Assembly: GCA_028534125.1 (NCBI GenBank)
Contig: CM052816.1
Span: 71,116,001 to 71,180,000, forward strand
DNA length: 64,000 nt
DNA from: Lama glama
Taxonomy: Eukaryota
Reading direction: 5' to 3'
Shown: positions 1-12,959 of the stretch, in pieces
Layout: each line of letters starts with the position of its first letter
Position numbering within the stretch: position 1 is the stretch's first letter
The notes under the pieces: generated by a model
The model's database searches: none
What the model was told of the DNA's origin: nothing
What the model saw: only the letters and a program-made list of their open reading frames with translations
Made by a program: the position numbers and the translations under genes

Positions 1-1085
1 GTTTAATTTTGTGGGTTTTTTTCATACATTAAAAAATCTTAATGAAATAACTGTACATTTACATATACCACAGCACCCTTTCCAAAACCACAAAATCAAA
101 TAGAGTGTAAAATTTAGAAAATATTTTGCAAATTTAAAATAAAACTCAAAGGTTAAGGAAAAATGACATATGAATATTTTTCTTTAAAATATTCAAGTTG
201 ATAATTGATCCTGGCTGAGTTCATTATGAAATTGCTCAGTCTTCATACTGTCAAGAAGATTATGTATTTTATTTATACCTTTATTATAAAGTTGCTTATA
301 TATACATACATAAGTAGAGAATTTTTCAAAGAGATGAAGAAAGTTGCCTTGTAAATAAGCTGATTCAGCATGTTTGCATCCAGTGTTTGACAAATTGCTG
401 TCAGAAATAATAGCAGAGGAATGTAAATTTAGATCTAACTAAGGCTTCCATAAATATACCAAGAGAAAAATCAAATGAGCAAACATAGTTGCTATGTACA
501 GAAGTGTGCTAATGTTAATAAAAATTCAGGAACTACTTAAATAACACACAGAGCACATCAGCAGTGTTGGCATGTCATGCAGAATGCTTTAAATATTTTA
601 GCCATACTTTATTTTTATGTATACAAAATTTGTACATAGGTATTTTGGCCATATGAGTTATTAATTGTATAAACATTTATTGTATTACTGTTTAGCGTAA
701 AGCAAGGGTGTTACATTGTTTTATTTTTTTCTCTATTACGTTGTTTTATTTTTGCTCTAAATAATTTTAGAATTATTTTTAAGAAGAAAACTACTTTAAC
801 AGTAACTACTTTGTTAGTCATTCTCTTCATTTTATACATTTAAAATACAATAATAAATGACATTTATTAGATAAAATGTCAGTCTTAATTACTAAAGTAT
901 CAACATTATTAATTATTTAATTTTTTTTCTTAAAATTGGGTATGTTAACTAAAACTAAGGCAGTAACACGATCTGGCTCACTGTTATCCAAGTCGTGTCC
1001 TAAAAATATTAATAGATGTTTCTTTAAAGTAATTATATTTCAGCATTTTTCTTCTAAAATTTATTTTAAATCCATAGTAAATATT

Positions 1086-1400
1086 ATATTGGACCCAGAT
1101 ATTGGTTTCTAATAGTATTCTTCAAATAAAGGAAACCAGAGTTCCTTGGAGAAATGGCTGATTCTGAGACTAAGAGTAAATTTCAAAAATGAGGCTGGAG
1201 TATCTTGTAGTGGAGAAAAAAGTTAGAAAACTGTTGTAAACACATGCACACACTCACATGAAAAAATGTCAAAAGAACAAGAAACACAGGAACCAACCGA
1301 GAGAACTCCCAAGAGCCAAAGCTGAAAGAGTTTGACAAACAAATTAAGCAGTATTGGATTATAACCCAAAGTATAATATTAATGTGAAGAAATTATTTTA
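1086..1400 (+). mobile_element. Old L1 3'UTR fragment (L1MC3/L1MC4-like)
   Basis: Contains ttggtttctaa...ccttggagaaatggctgattct...gccaaagctg...agtattggattataacccaaag, matching my recollection of the L1MC-type 3'UTR. Confidence 0.6.
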
Positions 1401-1774
1401 TATACTTATATACAGAAATTATTGAATAAGTAGCCTACAAATCCTAATCCTTTAACATAGGTAAAAAATAATTTCAACAGAAAAAGTTAAAAGCAAAACT
1501 GATAAAACTGTTACAAGAAAATACAGTTAACTAAAAGAAATACCAAAAGGGGAAATATCTTCCAAAACACAAATCTCAGAAGTGATAAGGAAAAAAATGT
1601 ATTTCTTTATATAAAAATTAAGAAGAAAAACAACCAACAGATAGTGCTCCCAATATAAAATTAACAACTAACTATAGAAGCAAAAGTACATACCAAGTCA
1701 ATGTTCAGCTTCATTACAGTTTAAACAAGTGAGTTTTTCAAAAAAATATAAAATCATTATACCCCATCAGATTA

Positions 1775-1800
1775 ACACACACACACACACACATTCACAC
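1775..1800. repeat. (CA)n microsatellite
   Basis: acacacacacacacacac run. Confidence 0.9.
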
Positions 1801-1919
1801 ATGCAAACACAAAAAATATGAGAATGGGGATAGAGCAACTACCAGTTATATACAATATTGAATCAATTATCAGTTGATTCAGTCTTTTGAAAGTGCAATT
1901 TGATGATATTGTTTATAAT

Positions 1920-2720
1920 ATTTTAAATTTTTTTTATTTGTACAATGTATGTTTTTATTGAAGTATAGTCAATTTACAATGCTGTGTCAATTTCTGGTGT
2001 ACAGCATAATGCTTCAGTCATATATGAACATACATATATTTGTTTTCATATTCTTTTTCATCATAAGTTACTGTGGATATTGAATCTAATTCCCTGTGCT
2101 GTACAGTACAAACTCGTTGTTTATCTATTTTATATATATTAGTTAGTATCTGAAAATCTCGAACTCCCAATTTATCCCTTCCCACTCCCTTCCCGTCCTG
2201 GTAGCCATAAGTTTGTTTTCTATGTCTGTGAGTCTGTTTCTGTTTTGTAAATAAGTTTTTTCATCCTTTTTTTTAGATTCCACATATAAATGATATCATA
2301 TGGTATTTTTCTTTTTTTTCTGACTTACTTCACTTAGAATGACAATCTCCAGGTCCATCCATGTTGCTGCAAATGGCATTATTTTATTATTTTTTATGGC
2401 TGAGTAGTATTCCATTGTATAAATATACCGCAACTTCTTTACCCAGTTATCTCTTGATGGGCATTTAGGTTGTTTCTGTGTCTTGCCTATTGTATATAGT
2501 GCTGCTATGATAAATGCTGGAGAGGGTGTGGAGAAAAAGAAACCTTCCCACACTGTTGGTGGGAATGTAGTTTGGTGCAGCCATCATGGAAGACAGTATG
2601 GAAATTCCTTAAAAGAATAAAAATAGACTTACCAAATGATGTAGCAATCCCACTCCTGGGCATATATCCAGAGGGAACCTAAATTCAAAAAGATACATGC
2701 ACTCCAATATTCATAGCAGT
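1920..2720 (-). mobile_element. Young camelid-type 5'-truncated L1 with 5' inversion (1920-2510 antisense, 2511-2720 inverted)
   Basis: Minus-strand ORF 2296..2553 encodes the ORF2p C-terminus (QPKCPSRDNWVKKLRYIYTMEYYSAIKNNKIMPFAATWMDLEIVILSEVSQ). T-rich tail at left; TSD tattgtttataat at 1907-1919 and 2723-2735. Confidence 0.92.
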
Positions 2721-3235
2721 GGTATTGTTTATAATTTTAAGGGAATACATCTCTGAACCAAATAAATCTCTTCTAACAATTAACCTTTAAAAAAAATACT
2801 GTATTTGAACTCAATGATGCATCCTCGAGAATAGTCATGCATCATGTTTTACAATCAAAAAATTAATAAATAAAACACTACTTGTGTGTCCATCAATGGA
2901 AATAGAATAGAGAATATAATGGAAGACCATCTTTAGAGAATATTTTGTAGCTCTTAAAATATTAGATTTATATGACATAGAAATTAAGTCACTTAATTCT
3001 TATTAAGTGAAAAAGAAGTCTCAGAAAAACTGTCATTAAATGTGTTAAGAACTAATTTTTGGGAATGGTTACCTTTGTGGAGAGATGTGGAATTGTACAG
3101 GAACAGTGTACAGAACTCTCTTTTGAGTCTTCTATTTCTTTAGATCTGGAAGTTGTTTTGTATTGCATGTGCAATACATAAAATAATAACATAAAACATA
3201 ATTATATGCTCACATACCTGGTTCTCTTTTATTTA

Positions 3236-3290
3236 TATAATAATATAAGAATAAATAATATAAGAAAAATAATATAAGAATAAATATAAG
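3236..3290. repeat. AT-rich short tandem repeat (aatataagaataa-like unit, about 4 copies)
   Basis: ataatataagaataaataatataagaaaaataatataagaataaatataag. Confidence 0.75.
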
Positions 3291-6200
3291 TAGTTAGTCA
3301 ATTTTTGTTTTTAATGATGCAATGTAGATGGGCATAAGAAAGATATCAGCTTATAAGGTATTTCTCTTTCTGATAAAGAAAACATCAACTGTGCTTGTCA
3401 ATTAAGTTCAGAAGCCAAAATTGTCTTGCATTAAAATAAACAATAGTACTGTTAATTTTTATCACAATTTATTCAAAAAATATTTTCATTTCTACTATTA
3501 ATACTCTAGTTTCTAAAAGAGCATTCAAAATTACTTGAATACTTTTGTGCATTTAATTAAATCTACCAATAGCACAATTCTGTAATAATCTATGTTAATT
3601 TTTGTAAAAATCACACATCCAAAAAAATTTGCATGCATACCCAAGTCATTTTGCTATTCTAGGCCTAGATAATTACTTGTCTTTCCTGTCTTCAAAATGC
3701 CATGAAAAGTGTGAATTTTTTATGCTAATGACCCTTCATTATTCGTACAAGCTTAAAAAAAAGAACTTTGAAATGGTTAGAGTATCAAGTCACCAAATAC
3801 TCCCTTACTCCTTCACATAGCTCATTGTTTATTTTATCTTTGAGTATTATAAAAATCCAAAGAAATAACCTTGCATTAAAGGTTAAATTTTAATGAATCA
3901 GAAGTAATTATATCTACCAAAATAGTGAACACTATAATCACACAGGTATAGAAACTCCAAATAGATGTTGGTGGAAGAACAGAAACATCTAACAGTTGCT
4001 CATCTGCCATTAAAATCTGTGCTTTTCTACAGTCAGGAATCTTCCTAATGTTTTAAAATAAAACATAAATGTACATGTTTGATATGGATTATCCACTATT
4101 ACTGAAGAGTCTTGTCAATATAATGAAGAAAGCAAACAATAAATAAAAACAGACTAAAAGAGACATAAATTACACCTTTCATGCTTTATATTTTGATCTA
4201 CTGACACCCCTGAAGTATTGACAGTGACCAAGAAAGAAAATACACACTAAATTTAAAACATTCCTTGAAATTAAAAGCATAATGACAAAGACTAATAGAT
4301 TTCACTCCTGTTTGATCTCTGTGCTGACATCATATTTAAATTGGTAATTTTAGCAAGGGACATTGAATCAATAACTCAATGACCTCAGCTTTGTTGATGT
4401 ACACTTTTATCTTACATCATCTATAAAACATTTATCAGCAACAATTTATAATATGAATGTTTGACTATGAAGTGTTTGGATACAATATCTATTGAAATGA
4501 TGAAATAGCTATTAGTTCATGTATCTCTGTTAAGTAATGTTAAAAGTAAACTCCTAAATGAATACTGCAGAATCATTCAGCACCATATGCAGAGTACATC
4601 ACTTCATCATATTTTTGGCAATCACATCACTACTCAAATTCATGAGAAGTGAACCACACATCTGTCCAAACTCGGATATTTATTAAAATGAAGTACTTAT
4701 TTATTCTTGAAGGAAAAGAAGAAAAACAAAGAAGAAGAAAAAGAATAATAATAAGCAGAAGCACTGAATCCTTATAAAGCTCTTAAACATATTATATTCT
4801 GATTCTAATTTAGACATGATTTACATTAAAGATACAGAATTGGGGAATTGTAAGTATAATATCATTTTCCATTGGTTCGTATCGTCCTTCCGAAGATGTG
4901 TGTTTTCACTTTTGATTTTCCTCAATTATCAATGCTTTTTCACACTTTTTCTATAAGCCTCGTTTTCCCCCAAGCCAATAATAAATGTTATATACTTTAT
5001 AAATTTTCCCAATTGTCTATTTTTAACTTACTTACTTTTTCATTATAGTATTACAATATTCATTTCAGTTTAATAGAAAAAAGAACAGAATTGGAATTTT
5101 AGAATTATAAACATAAATGGTAAATGTATTTATATTGTGAATTTGTTTCAACAAATTTTATAATTTATTGAGTAAAATCAATATTTGTACTGTTGATACA
5201 CAAGCAAGGCAAAATAAGCAAGTCTCTATTTTCCATTAATTTTGCTATTTCTAGAAAAGAGTAAATTGGGTGCTAACTTAAAAAAACTTAATGATTACAA
5301 GAGGATTAAAAGAATAGATTACTGGGAAAGCCAGATGAAGCAAGAAATATCAAGTGCTGGGTCTGTGACATAAGCAGAGGCTCTAATCATGATAAATTAG
5401 AGAATTGACCCAAAGCCATATAAGAATGGGACACACTTTTCAAAGAGGTAGAATTAACTTAGGTGCAGGAGATTTAATAAAACTTCTTAAATGAATACTC
5501 AAGCCATCAACATAGTTTGAAAAAGACCGTACACCCATTCACCTGTGCTCTCCCACCCTTTTCCCATACCTACCAGTGCTCAAAAGGTGATTTTCCACAG
5601 TGAGAGAACAGTCTCAGAGCAGAGATGTCAGAGTTCACTCACACTATGTGTGAGCAAATAGAAAAGCAACTGCAAGGTTATTCTGGAGCTAACCTTCAAT
5701 AATTAAAAATGGAAAGAAGAATCATTACATGAGCTATCAAAAAGAGCTCAACCCAGAATATCATATATCCAAAGCTGAAAGAAATTTCCCGTAACTCCTT
5801 CACTATAACACAACTAATAATAAAGTGTGTGTGTGTGTGTGTTTTAATGCAATACAAAGATGAAAAACACAGGAAACAAATATGGAACCATACAACAAAT
5901 TCTTGAAAAATGTACATCACAAGTGCTAAAGAAAGGAGAGAACTGGACAGAATATAGGACAAGGATACAAGGAGATATACAATCTAAAATTGAGGTTAAG
6001 ATACTGAGAATTATATTGTAGCAAAACAGAGAGGGTAAGAGAATAAATGAGAAGGAACAAAACATTCCAGAACTATATGTTAGTAATTCTAACCAGTGTT
6101 TTATAAGCTATACTACTACAACCAATAACAACAACAACAATAATAATAATAATACCCTCAGCTAATTTTAGGGTAAAATACAGTAGAAGAAAAATATTGG

Positions 6201-7759
6201 ACAAATATAGCATATAAAATGGACGGTGAGAGTTAAAGGGTTCCAAGATTCTTATTTTGATTAGAAGACAGATTAAGAAAAATTAAAATTAGAATTATAA
6301 GCCATCTCATTCATGAAAAATAGATGCAACAAATTTAAACAATATACTAGCAGAGCCATTCTAGCAATGTGTAAAAAATATATTTTGGCATATTGTTATT
6401 TTCAGAGGATTGATAAATATCAATTATTATATTTCAAAAATGTAAGATATTAGAAAATTATAAATATTTGAAACTTGCAGAAGGAAGCATATGATGAAAT
6501 TGAACTTTTATTTATGTTAAAATAAAAACTTGTAAACTGAAAAGAGAATTTCTCAGATAAAATAAGACATTCTATTTGAGTTTATGATCAAGACTACAAA
6601 ACATGCTATTTTAATATGTTGTCAACAATTTCTAATTCTATACATTCAGAAATTATAGAACTTATTTCTAAATTATCTCATTCATCAAAGAGAAACTCAT
6701 AATGAAAGTTGTAAATAGTTATTAGTATAGATAACAAGGAAAACACCACAGGGTTCTTGATGTCATTGTTAGAGAAAACAAGAAAAAAGTTTTCCGTTTG
6801 TAAAAGAATCATTGAAACTAATTACTTTTGATATATTGATTTATTTTGATAGTATAGTTGACTGCATAGAGAATACTAAAAATTTTATGAACCTCTTTTT
6901 CAAACATTAAGAAAATTTAGCAAGATGACTAGTTTTAAGAAAACTGATAAAAATCTATTGCCCATTTGTACATATTTATAAACCATTAAAAACAATGAAG
7001 AGCAATAGCAACTAAAATATCAATAACTTGGACATAAAATAACAAACATTAAAATAACTTCGTGTAAAAAAAATAGCTTTATAAATAGACATCAAAGGAA
7101 ATTCACACAAACGGGAAAACTTACCATAAAAAGGAAGACACTATATAGTACATGCGTTAAATTCTGTAAATGATGAAAAGTTCAGAGTAGTTGAAACGAG
7201 AATCCCAAGAGGGATTCTGGATGAAAGAATCCAACAGGGATTCTGGATGAAAGTCAGTAAGTTGATTCAAAAACTTAAGTGGGAACTCAAATATCTAAGA
7301 ATAGTCAAAACTTTCTGAAAATAAGAGGGTAAGGTGAGAGACATGCCTTACCAGATAGCAACTTCTTATAAACTAATAGTTATCAAAGCTGAGATGTATT
7401 GGCACAAGAGGACACAAATTAACAAGTAGACAAGAATAAAAAACTCAGAAACAAGGGTAGAGGGAAAATAAAATATTTTTCAATAAATTGACTAGTTATT
7501 TATTTGGAGAAGAAAATAAGTGGCTACTTCCTACCACAGAACAATAAATTGACCCCAAATAAATCTATGGCTTAAATGGAAGAGGGAAAAATGTAAAAAA
7601 AATTAGCAGAAATTGGAAAAAACGGTTAAAGAATTTCTAAAACAAGATACAAAATGCATAACCTTTGGAGAAAAAAAATGCAAGTTTCACAATATTAAAA
7701 TAATATGTTTTATTTGTCTTAAAAACAACTTAAAAATTTTAATGTGCCATGTGTTGCTA

Positions 7760-8000
7760 ATACCGCCTTCATTCCCTGCACACTTTCCTCTCTTTATATT
7801 TTCTTCTAAACAATTATCATCTAACTACTATTAGTTCACACATTTATTTTGTATATTGCCTATCATCTTTCACTAAATGTATGATCTATGAAGGAGGCAA
7901 TTTGCCTATTTTGTTTTATACTGTGTTCCAGTAATAGGAAGAGTGACTGGCAAGTATTATAGGATCAATAAATATTTGTTGAATGATTACATTAATGAAT
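7760..8000 (+). mobile_element. L2 3' end
   Basis: Ends gagtgactggcaag...caataaatatttgttgaatga, a typical L2a terminus. Confidence 0.75.
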
Positions 8001-8610
8001 CAATACGAAAAATAAAAGGCAAACATCTTAATAGAAAAATGACAGAAGAAACAAGCAGCATTTACTAGAAGACGAAGGTACGAGGCATATAAATCAACAA
8101 ATGGAAAAATGTTCAAACCTACTAATAATTAGAGAAATGTGAATGGGAATTACAATGATATATAACATTTTATACTCACTATATTTGTTAAATATAAATA
8201 GTATATTTTACACATGTTGGTGAGGAGATGTGTCAATGGGAACACTATAAACAGCTCATTGCAATATAAATAAGTATAACCTTTTGGAAAATAATTGGGC
8301 ACTTCCCTGAAACAGTGAACAGCCACAAACTTTACAAATAATTCAATTTCAAGACATGTACCACAGACAATGTCTTGCCAAAGTACAGTAAACAAAATAC
8401 TAACATAGTCATAACAACATTATTCATAACAGTAAAACAATAAAGGAAAAATTCAAATGGCCGTTGATAAAAGAATACATATATTGTATTAATTTTGTTA
8501 TCTTCACAGAATGGAATACTAGACAACCATTGCAGAAATTATTGGTTTGCAGCTATACACAGCAAAAATGATAATATAAACAAAATATTGAGAAAAAAAT
8601 TGCAGAAGCC

Positions 8611-8698
8611 TGCTGATTTAGGGTTTTCTGGAGAAAGATAGTAAGATGGATTTTTTTAAATACTTTTTGAAGAGAAATATCCTTTTTAGACAGATTTT

Positions 8699-8763
<65 letters not shown>

Positions 8764-9140
8764 TATGTACTTTAACTATATTTATTATTCATTATAAGGA
8801 ATTGGCTCATGGAATTATGGAAACTGGCAAGTCCAAAACTAGAGAGCCGATGTCCCTTTTTGGGTCTGGAGACCTAAAGCTGTTGTAGAATCAGGAAGAG
8901 CTAATGCCCCAGCTTGGAGGCCCTGAGGCAGGATTCTCTTACTAGGGGAAAGGTCAACCTTTTTTCTATTCAGGCCTTCAGTAGCCTGAAAGAGGCCACT
9001 CAAATTAGGAAAGGTAATCTGCTTTACTTTGTCCAGTAATTTAAGTGTTAATCTCATCCAAAGACAGAAACACCTAGAATAATGTTTGACCGAATATCTT
9101 GGCACCTTGTGCTCCAGTCAAGTTGATGCATAAAATTAAA
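8611..9140 (-). mobile_element. MLT2-family (ERVL) solo LTR
   Basis: aaggaattggctcatg...ggcaagtccaaa...ctattcaggccttca...aataatgtttgacc...agtcaagttgatgcataaaattaa is the reverse complement of the MLT2 consensus; has the internal (TA)n/(CA)n tract typical of MLT2. Confidence 0.88.
8703..8763. repeat. Compound (AT)n(AC)n microsatellite inside the MLT2 LTR
   Basis: Directly visible. Confidence 0.95.
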
Positions 9141-9409
9141 AAAAAAAACAAACCACCGTATATGGTAAAACTCCTTTTTTATAGAATTTGAAACAAAGAA
9201 ATATTAACCAGCTCTTTAGAAAAACATTTTTATGTCATGAAACTATGAATGTAAAATCACTACAATAGTCAACACCGACAGGCAATGGACCAACACCTAC
9301 ACAAATCTGAAGAGAAGCCGTGAGATCCAGATTTGGGGAGCAGGAAGGAGGGAGTAGACAAGCTGGGGAAGTTGCACTGTGCAAAATTAACAAATTTTAT
9401 ATTAATTTT

Positions 9410-9549
9410 TATTTTTTCTATTTAAAAATATGATTTTTTTAATTGCAAGTTTACATAGTTTAGTTTTTGATAATATCTGCATTTAACAACCAGTCGACAG
9501 TGTTTCTGAAGAAGAAACAGTTTCCACAAATTAATGGAGCACATCACTG
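9410..9549 (-). mobile_element. MER63-like hAT DNA transposon end
   Basis: taattgcaagtttacatagtttagtttttgataat...tttaacaacc...agcacatcactg resembles the reverse complement of the MER63 terminus CAGTGGTGTGCT. Confidence 0.6.
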
Positions 9550-11068
9550 GGTGTGGTGAAAGCCAGACCGCAGTGGGATCTGACTTTCCTTATCAAGCCT
9601 GTAACCATAGCCCACATTGTCTACCTTTCTTGTCTTTGGAACAACCAGCTCCCCTACCTCTATGCTCCAGCCACACCCCAGTACTTCACATTAAAGGATG
9701 ACATTGGTACAGAGATAGACGAGGAGATTAATGGAAAAAATAGAAAAACCAGAAAGAATTTGGTAGCCCCCAAATTACACATATTACATATATATATAGA
9801 TACAGATATAGATATATTCATATATATGGACATTTGTACATATACACATAATTTCATGTATTTTATATTTATTAAATATTCTTGGAGAAAAAGAAGAAAT
9901 GAGGCCACATCTGTTCCTTCTATTGAGGTTTATGATTTATCAGAACTGTTAACAAATAAACATGGTTTAATAGATATTATGAGAGAAATAAATTATTTCA
10001 TGTAATCATATTTAGGAGTAATTAAGTAATGGCATCGCACAGCTTGAGAGGCATTTATCAGTAATGCCAAAAATTAAGTACAAAAGGCTAGATGTAGTCA
10101 CTTAGGTAATTGAATATAAAGGAGTATTACATGTCAAAAAAAATGGATGTTTTTCTGAAAAAAGTTACTTCACTCTTTTTTTTCTCCAGATCATGATAAA
10201 ATATATATTATTTATAATGTAGCCATTTTTAGATTAATATGAACTCCCAATTCTAATACTAGTTCTGGGAAAATAAGCATGGAGACCTGATTGTACAGTT
10301 TTTATTCCCAGGAATCGCAATTATAGCAATTATGTGAAGGCAAGAAATGTTCTATTTCTATTATTGATTAATGGATTTGATGCCAGACTATATTTGGGTA
10401 CAGAACAACTATAATCTCTATTAATTTGCTATCTGCCATTAAACTATGATCCTTGCAAGACATAAGTTCAGTATTTAAATTAAGAAAATATGTTCCAGAA
10501 AATAATGAAACAAAATTATAGAAATAGCAGAAATATTTAAGGAAAATAAATATAGCTTAAGGATAAAAGAAGATACTTTCTTATGTGGAAACCATCTGTT
10601 TGCAGTTATACTTGCATGAAGAGTGACTATAAACCCTGCTAACTTAAAGTACTGGAGTGATTAACCAGCATTTCAAATCTTTTCAGTAAGATTTTTTTTG
10701 ATCAGGTTGTTCCTTATTTTCACTTAAAATGCTTATTATTAATAAAAGCATTCCATTACTTGTTTACCATTTGAAATATATAAAAATGGACTTGGCCTCA
10801 GTGCCTTGTGAAAAATTGTCTACATTTTTTAATGTAAAATAAAATGACAAGCACACATCAAAGAATATGCTTAACTCAGTGAGCACATGTATGTGAAAAT
10901 GCAAATACACACATATCTTCAAGTTTCGTCAGAAAGCATTATTTACTTAATGCTTACATATGGCAAAACCCATATTGTTAGACATTAGGTTGATGCTTAC
11001 TTTTTACCATTATAAACAATATTTTCAAAGTGTCAGCAGTAAAAGAATAGTTTGAAAAAATTATTCTC

Positions 11069-11568
11069 NNNNNNNNNNNNNNNNNNNNNNNNNNNNNNNN
11101 NNNNNNNNNNNNNNNNNNNNNNNNNNNNNNNNNNNNNNNNNNNNNNNNNNNNNNNNNNNNNNNNNNNNNNNNNNNNNNNNNNNNNNNNNNNNNNNNNNNN
11201 NNNNNNNNNNNNNNNNNNNNNNNNNNNNNNNNNNNNNNNNNNNNNNNNNNNNNNNNNNNNNNNNNNNNNNNNNNNNNNNNNNNNNNNNNNNNNNNNNNNN
11301 NNNNNNNNNNNNNNNNNNNNNNNNNNNNNNNNNNNNNNNNNNNNNNNNNNNNNNNNNNNNNNNNNNNNNNNNNNNNNNNNNNNNNNNNNNNNNNNNNNNN
11401 NNNNNNNNNNNNNNNNNNNNNNNNNNNNNNNNNNNNNNNNNNNNNNNNNNNNNNNNNNNNNNNNNNNNNNNNNNNNNNNNNNNNNNNNNNNNNNNNNNNN
11501 NNNNNNNNNNNNNNNNNNNNNNNNNNNNNNNNNNNNNNNNNNNNNNNNNNNNNNNNNNNNNNNNNNNN
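11069..11568. other. Assembly gap (exactly 500 N)
   Basis: N run. Confidence 0.99.
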
Positions 11569-11599
11569 TCTTGATGATTAAAATCATTATCAACACAAA

Positions 11600-12200
11600 G
11601 CCTTATGTCACAAATTTTGGAGTCCTACTTGACATTCTCTCCTTTCTTTCAGGCTCTACATCCTATCCATCACAAAGCTTTGCCTATTACTAAAATACTT
11701 CAAATTTATATACATATTTCCATAACCACTGCTACCACGCTACTCCAAGTTACCATTATCTCTTCCCTGGACATCTGCAGTAGGTTTGCACTGAAAGTCC
11801 TCACGTCCAATCTAAATGCCTCAACACAAAGCTTTCTCAACACAGCATGACATATTGAAAACACAAGTCTGATACTATAAACCCCAGCCTCTCATACCAG
11901 ATCTCCAAAAGCTATAATTGCACTAGGACAAAATATAAACACCCACTGAAGAGCAAAACTCTGTATCTAACCCTTAAACTTACTTTCTCCTCCTCTTCCT
12001 GTTCTTCCTTATGCTTCTTACGCTTCTTACTAATAACCATGCTCTTTACTGCTTCAGAGCTTTCCCACATGAAATCTCATACCTTTTCCCCACAAAATAC
12101 CCACACAATATACTCAACACATGGATAGGTACATTAAACATTAGAGAAGAATTTTCAGATTCTTGAGTGTATGTACGTCTCTCCTGTTATGGTTAAACTC
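11600..12200 (+). mobile_element. L2 fragment
   Basis: ggagtcctacttgac...accactgctaccacgctactccaagttaccattatctcttccctggac is typical of the L2 ORF2 3' region. Confidence 0.65.
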
Positions 12201-12329
12201 TTCTTCTCCCTTTCATTTTTTATTGATGAAACTTACCACATCTTATACTCATACAATATTTGTATAATGTATTAAAGTGTTTTGTCTGCTTAAAATAGAA
12301 TATCTTCTAAAAGTGAATTAAAACAACAA

Positions 12330-12760
12330 CATTTAGAGTTTGCTTAACAAGAGTCTGGATGTGATTTATCTCAAGTGTAAATTGGTAACTCAATGATATC
12401 ACAGCTCTGAATCAGCATTTCTGCAATTCCCTTGACCATTCATTCAGTTACCAAGAATGGTAGCCACCATTACAAATGCTATGACCACGTCAGTTATCCA
12501 TATGACAGTAAAAAAAAAAAAAAAATGATACTCTTCTGACAAGACTTTTTCCTCACCAGGGAAGGAAATAGCTCTCAGAACACTTTTCTTTATATCTTCT
12601 TGGTAGGAACGGGTCACACACCCATTCCTAGACTAATCAATGGCAAAGAGGAATGAAAAAAAAACTATAATTAGCCTAACTCCAAACATGATGATAGGAT
12701 CCTTTATAGGGATTTATAAAAATGTCTAGCTGGCCTTAGGCAACTCTCTTGTCACTCTAC
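12330..12760 (-). mobile_element. Old MaLR LTR (MLT1J/K/L-like)
   Basis: ccaagaatggtagcca...gggtcacacacccattcctagactaatcaatggcaaagaggaatg. Confidence 0.55.
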
Positions 12761-12959
12761 AACTCCACAATTCCTATATGAAAAATTGCACTGGAGGAGA
12801 AGAAACTGATACTAGAAGAATGTGAGATAATTGCTTAGCATATTAAATGTGAGAAGACAGCTCTGGGTCAAACAAGAGAAAATCAGAGAAAGGAATTTGA
12901 GATTGTCTACAAATCAATCCCCAGTTAAGTACATCATTCTACAACATTCATAACCAACA

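Larger units (their letters stand above)
1480..3240 (+). mobile_element. Highly decayed L1ME-type ORF2 3' end/3'UTR, interrupted by a younger L1 at ~1920-2720
   Basis: L1-like motifs (ataccccatcagatt; gtgtccatcaatggaaatagaat; ttaagtgaaaaagaagtctcagaa; aatggttacctttgtggag) are collinear on both sides of the insert. Confidence 0.55.
5700..9300 (+). mobile_element. Old, heavily decayed L1 (L1ME-like): ORF1-like, ORF2 and 3'UTR remnants, interrupted by L2 (~7760-8000) and MLT2 (~8611-9140)
   Basis: ORF2-like motifs at 6860-7700 (aatttagcaagatgactag; caagtagacaagaataaaaaactcagaaac) and 8010-8610 (aatgttcaaacctactaataattagagaaatg; cttttggaaaataattggg). Confidence 0.7.

Noticed and set aside
2296..2553. 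85-aa ORF with realistic protein sequence
   Set aside because: It is the L1 ORF2p C-terminus fused across the inversion junction, not a host gene
4860..4980. CpG-containing patch with a short minus-strand frame (KKCEKALIIEENQK*)
   Set aside because: Poor acceptor context, stops in all frames and no recognisable homology
9553..10005. 150-aa ORF
   Set aside because: Runs across L2/L1 fragments and (AT)-rich low-complexity sequence; non-ATG start and no recognisable domain
11033..11693. Long ORFs of 187 and 213 aa (likewise 31640-32338)
   Set aside because: Artefacts of translating N gaps
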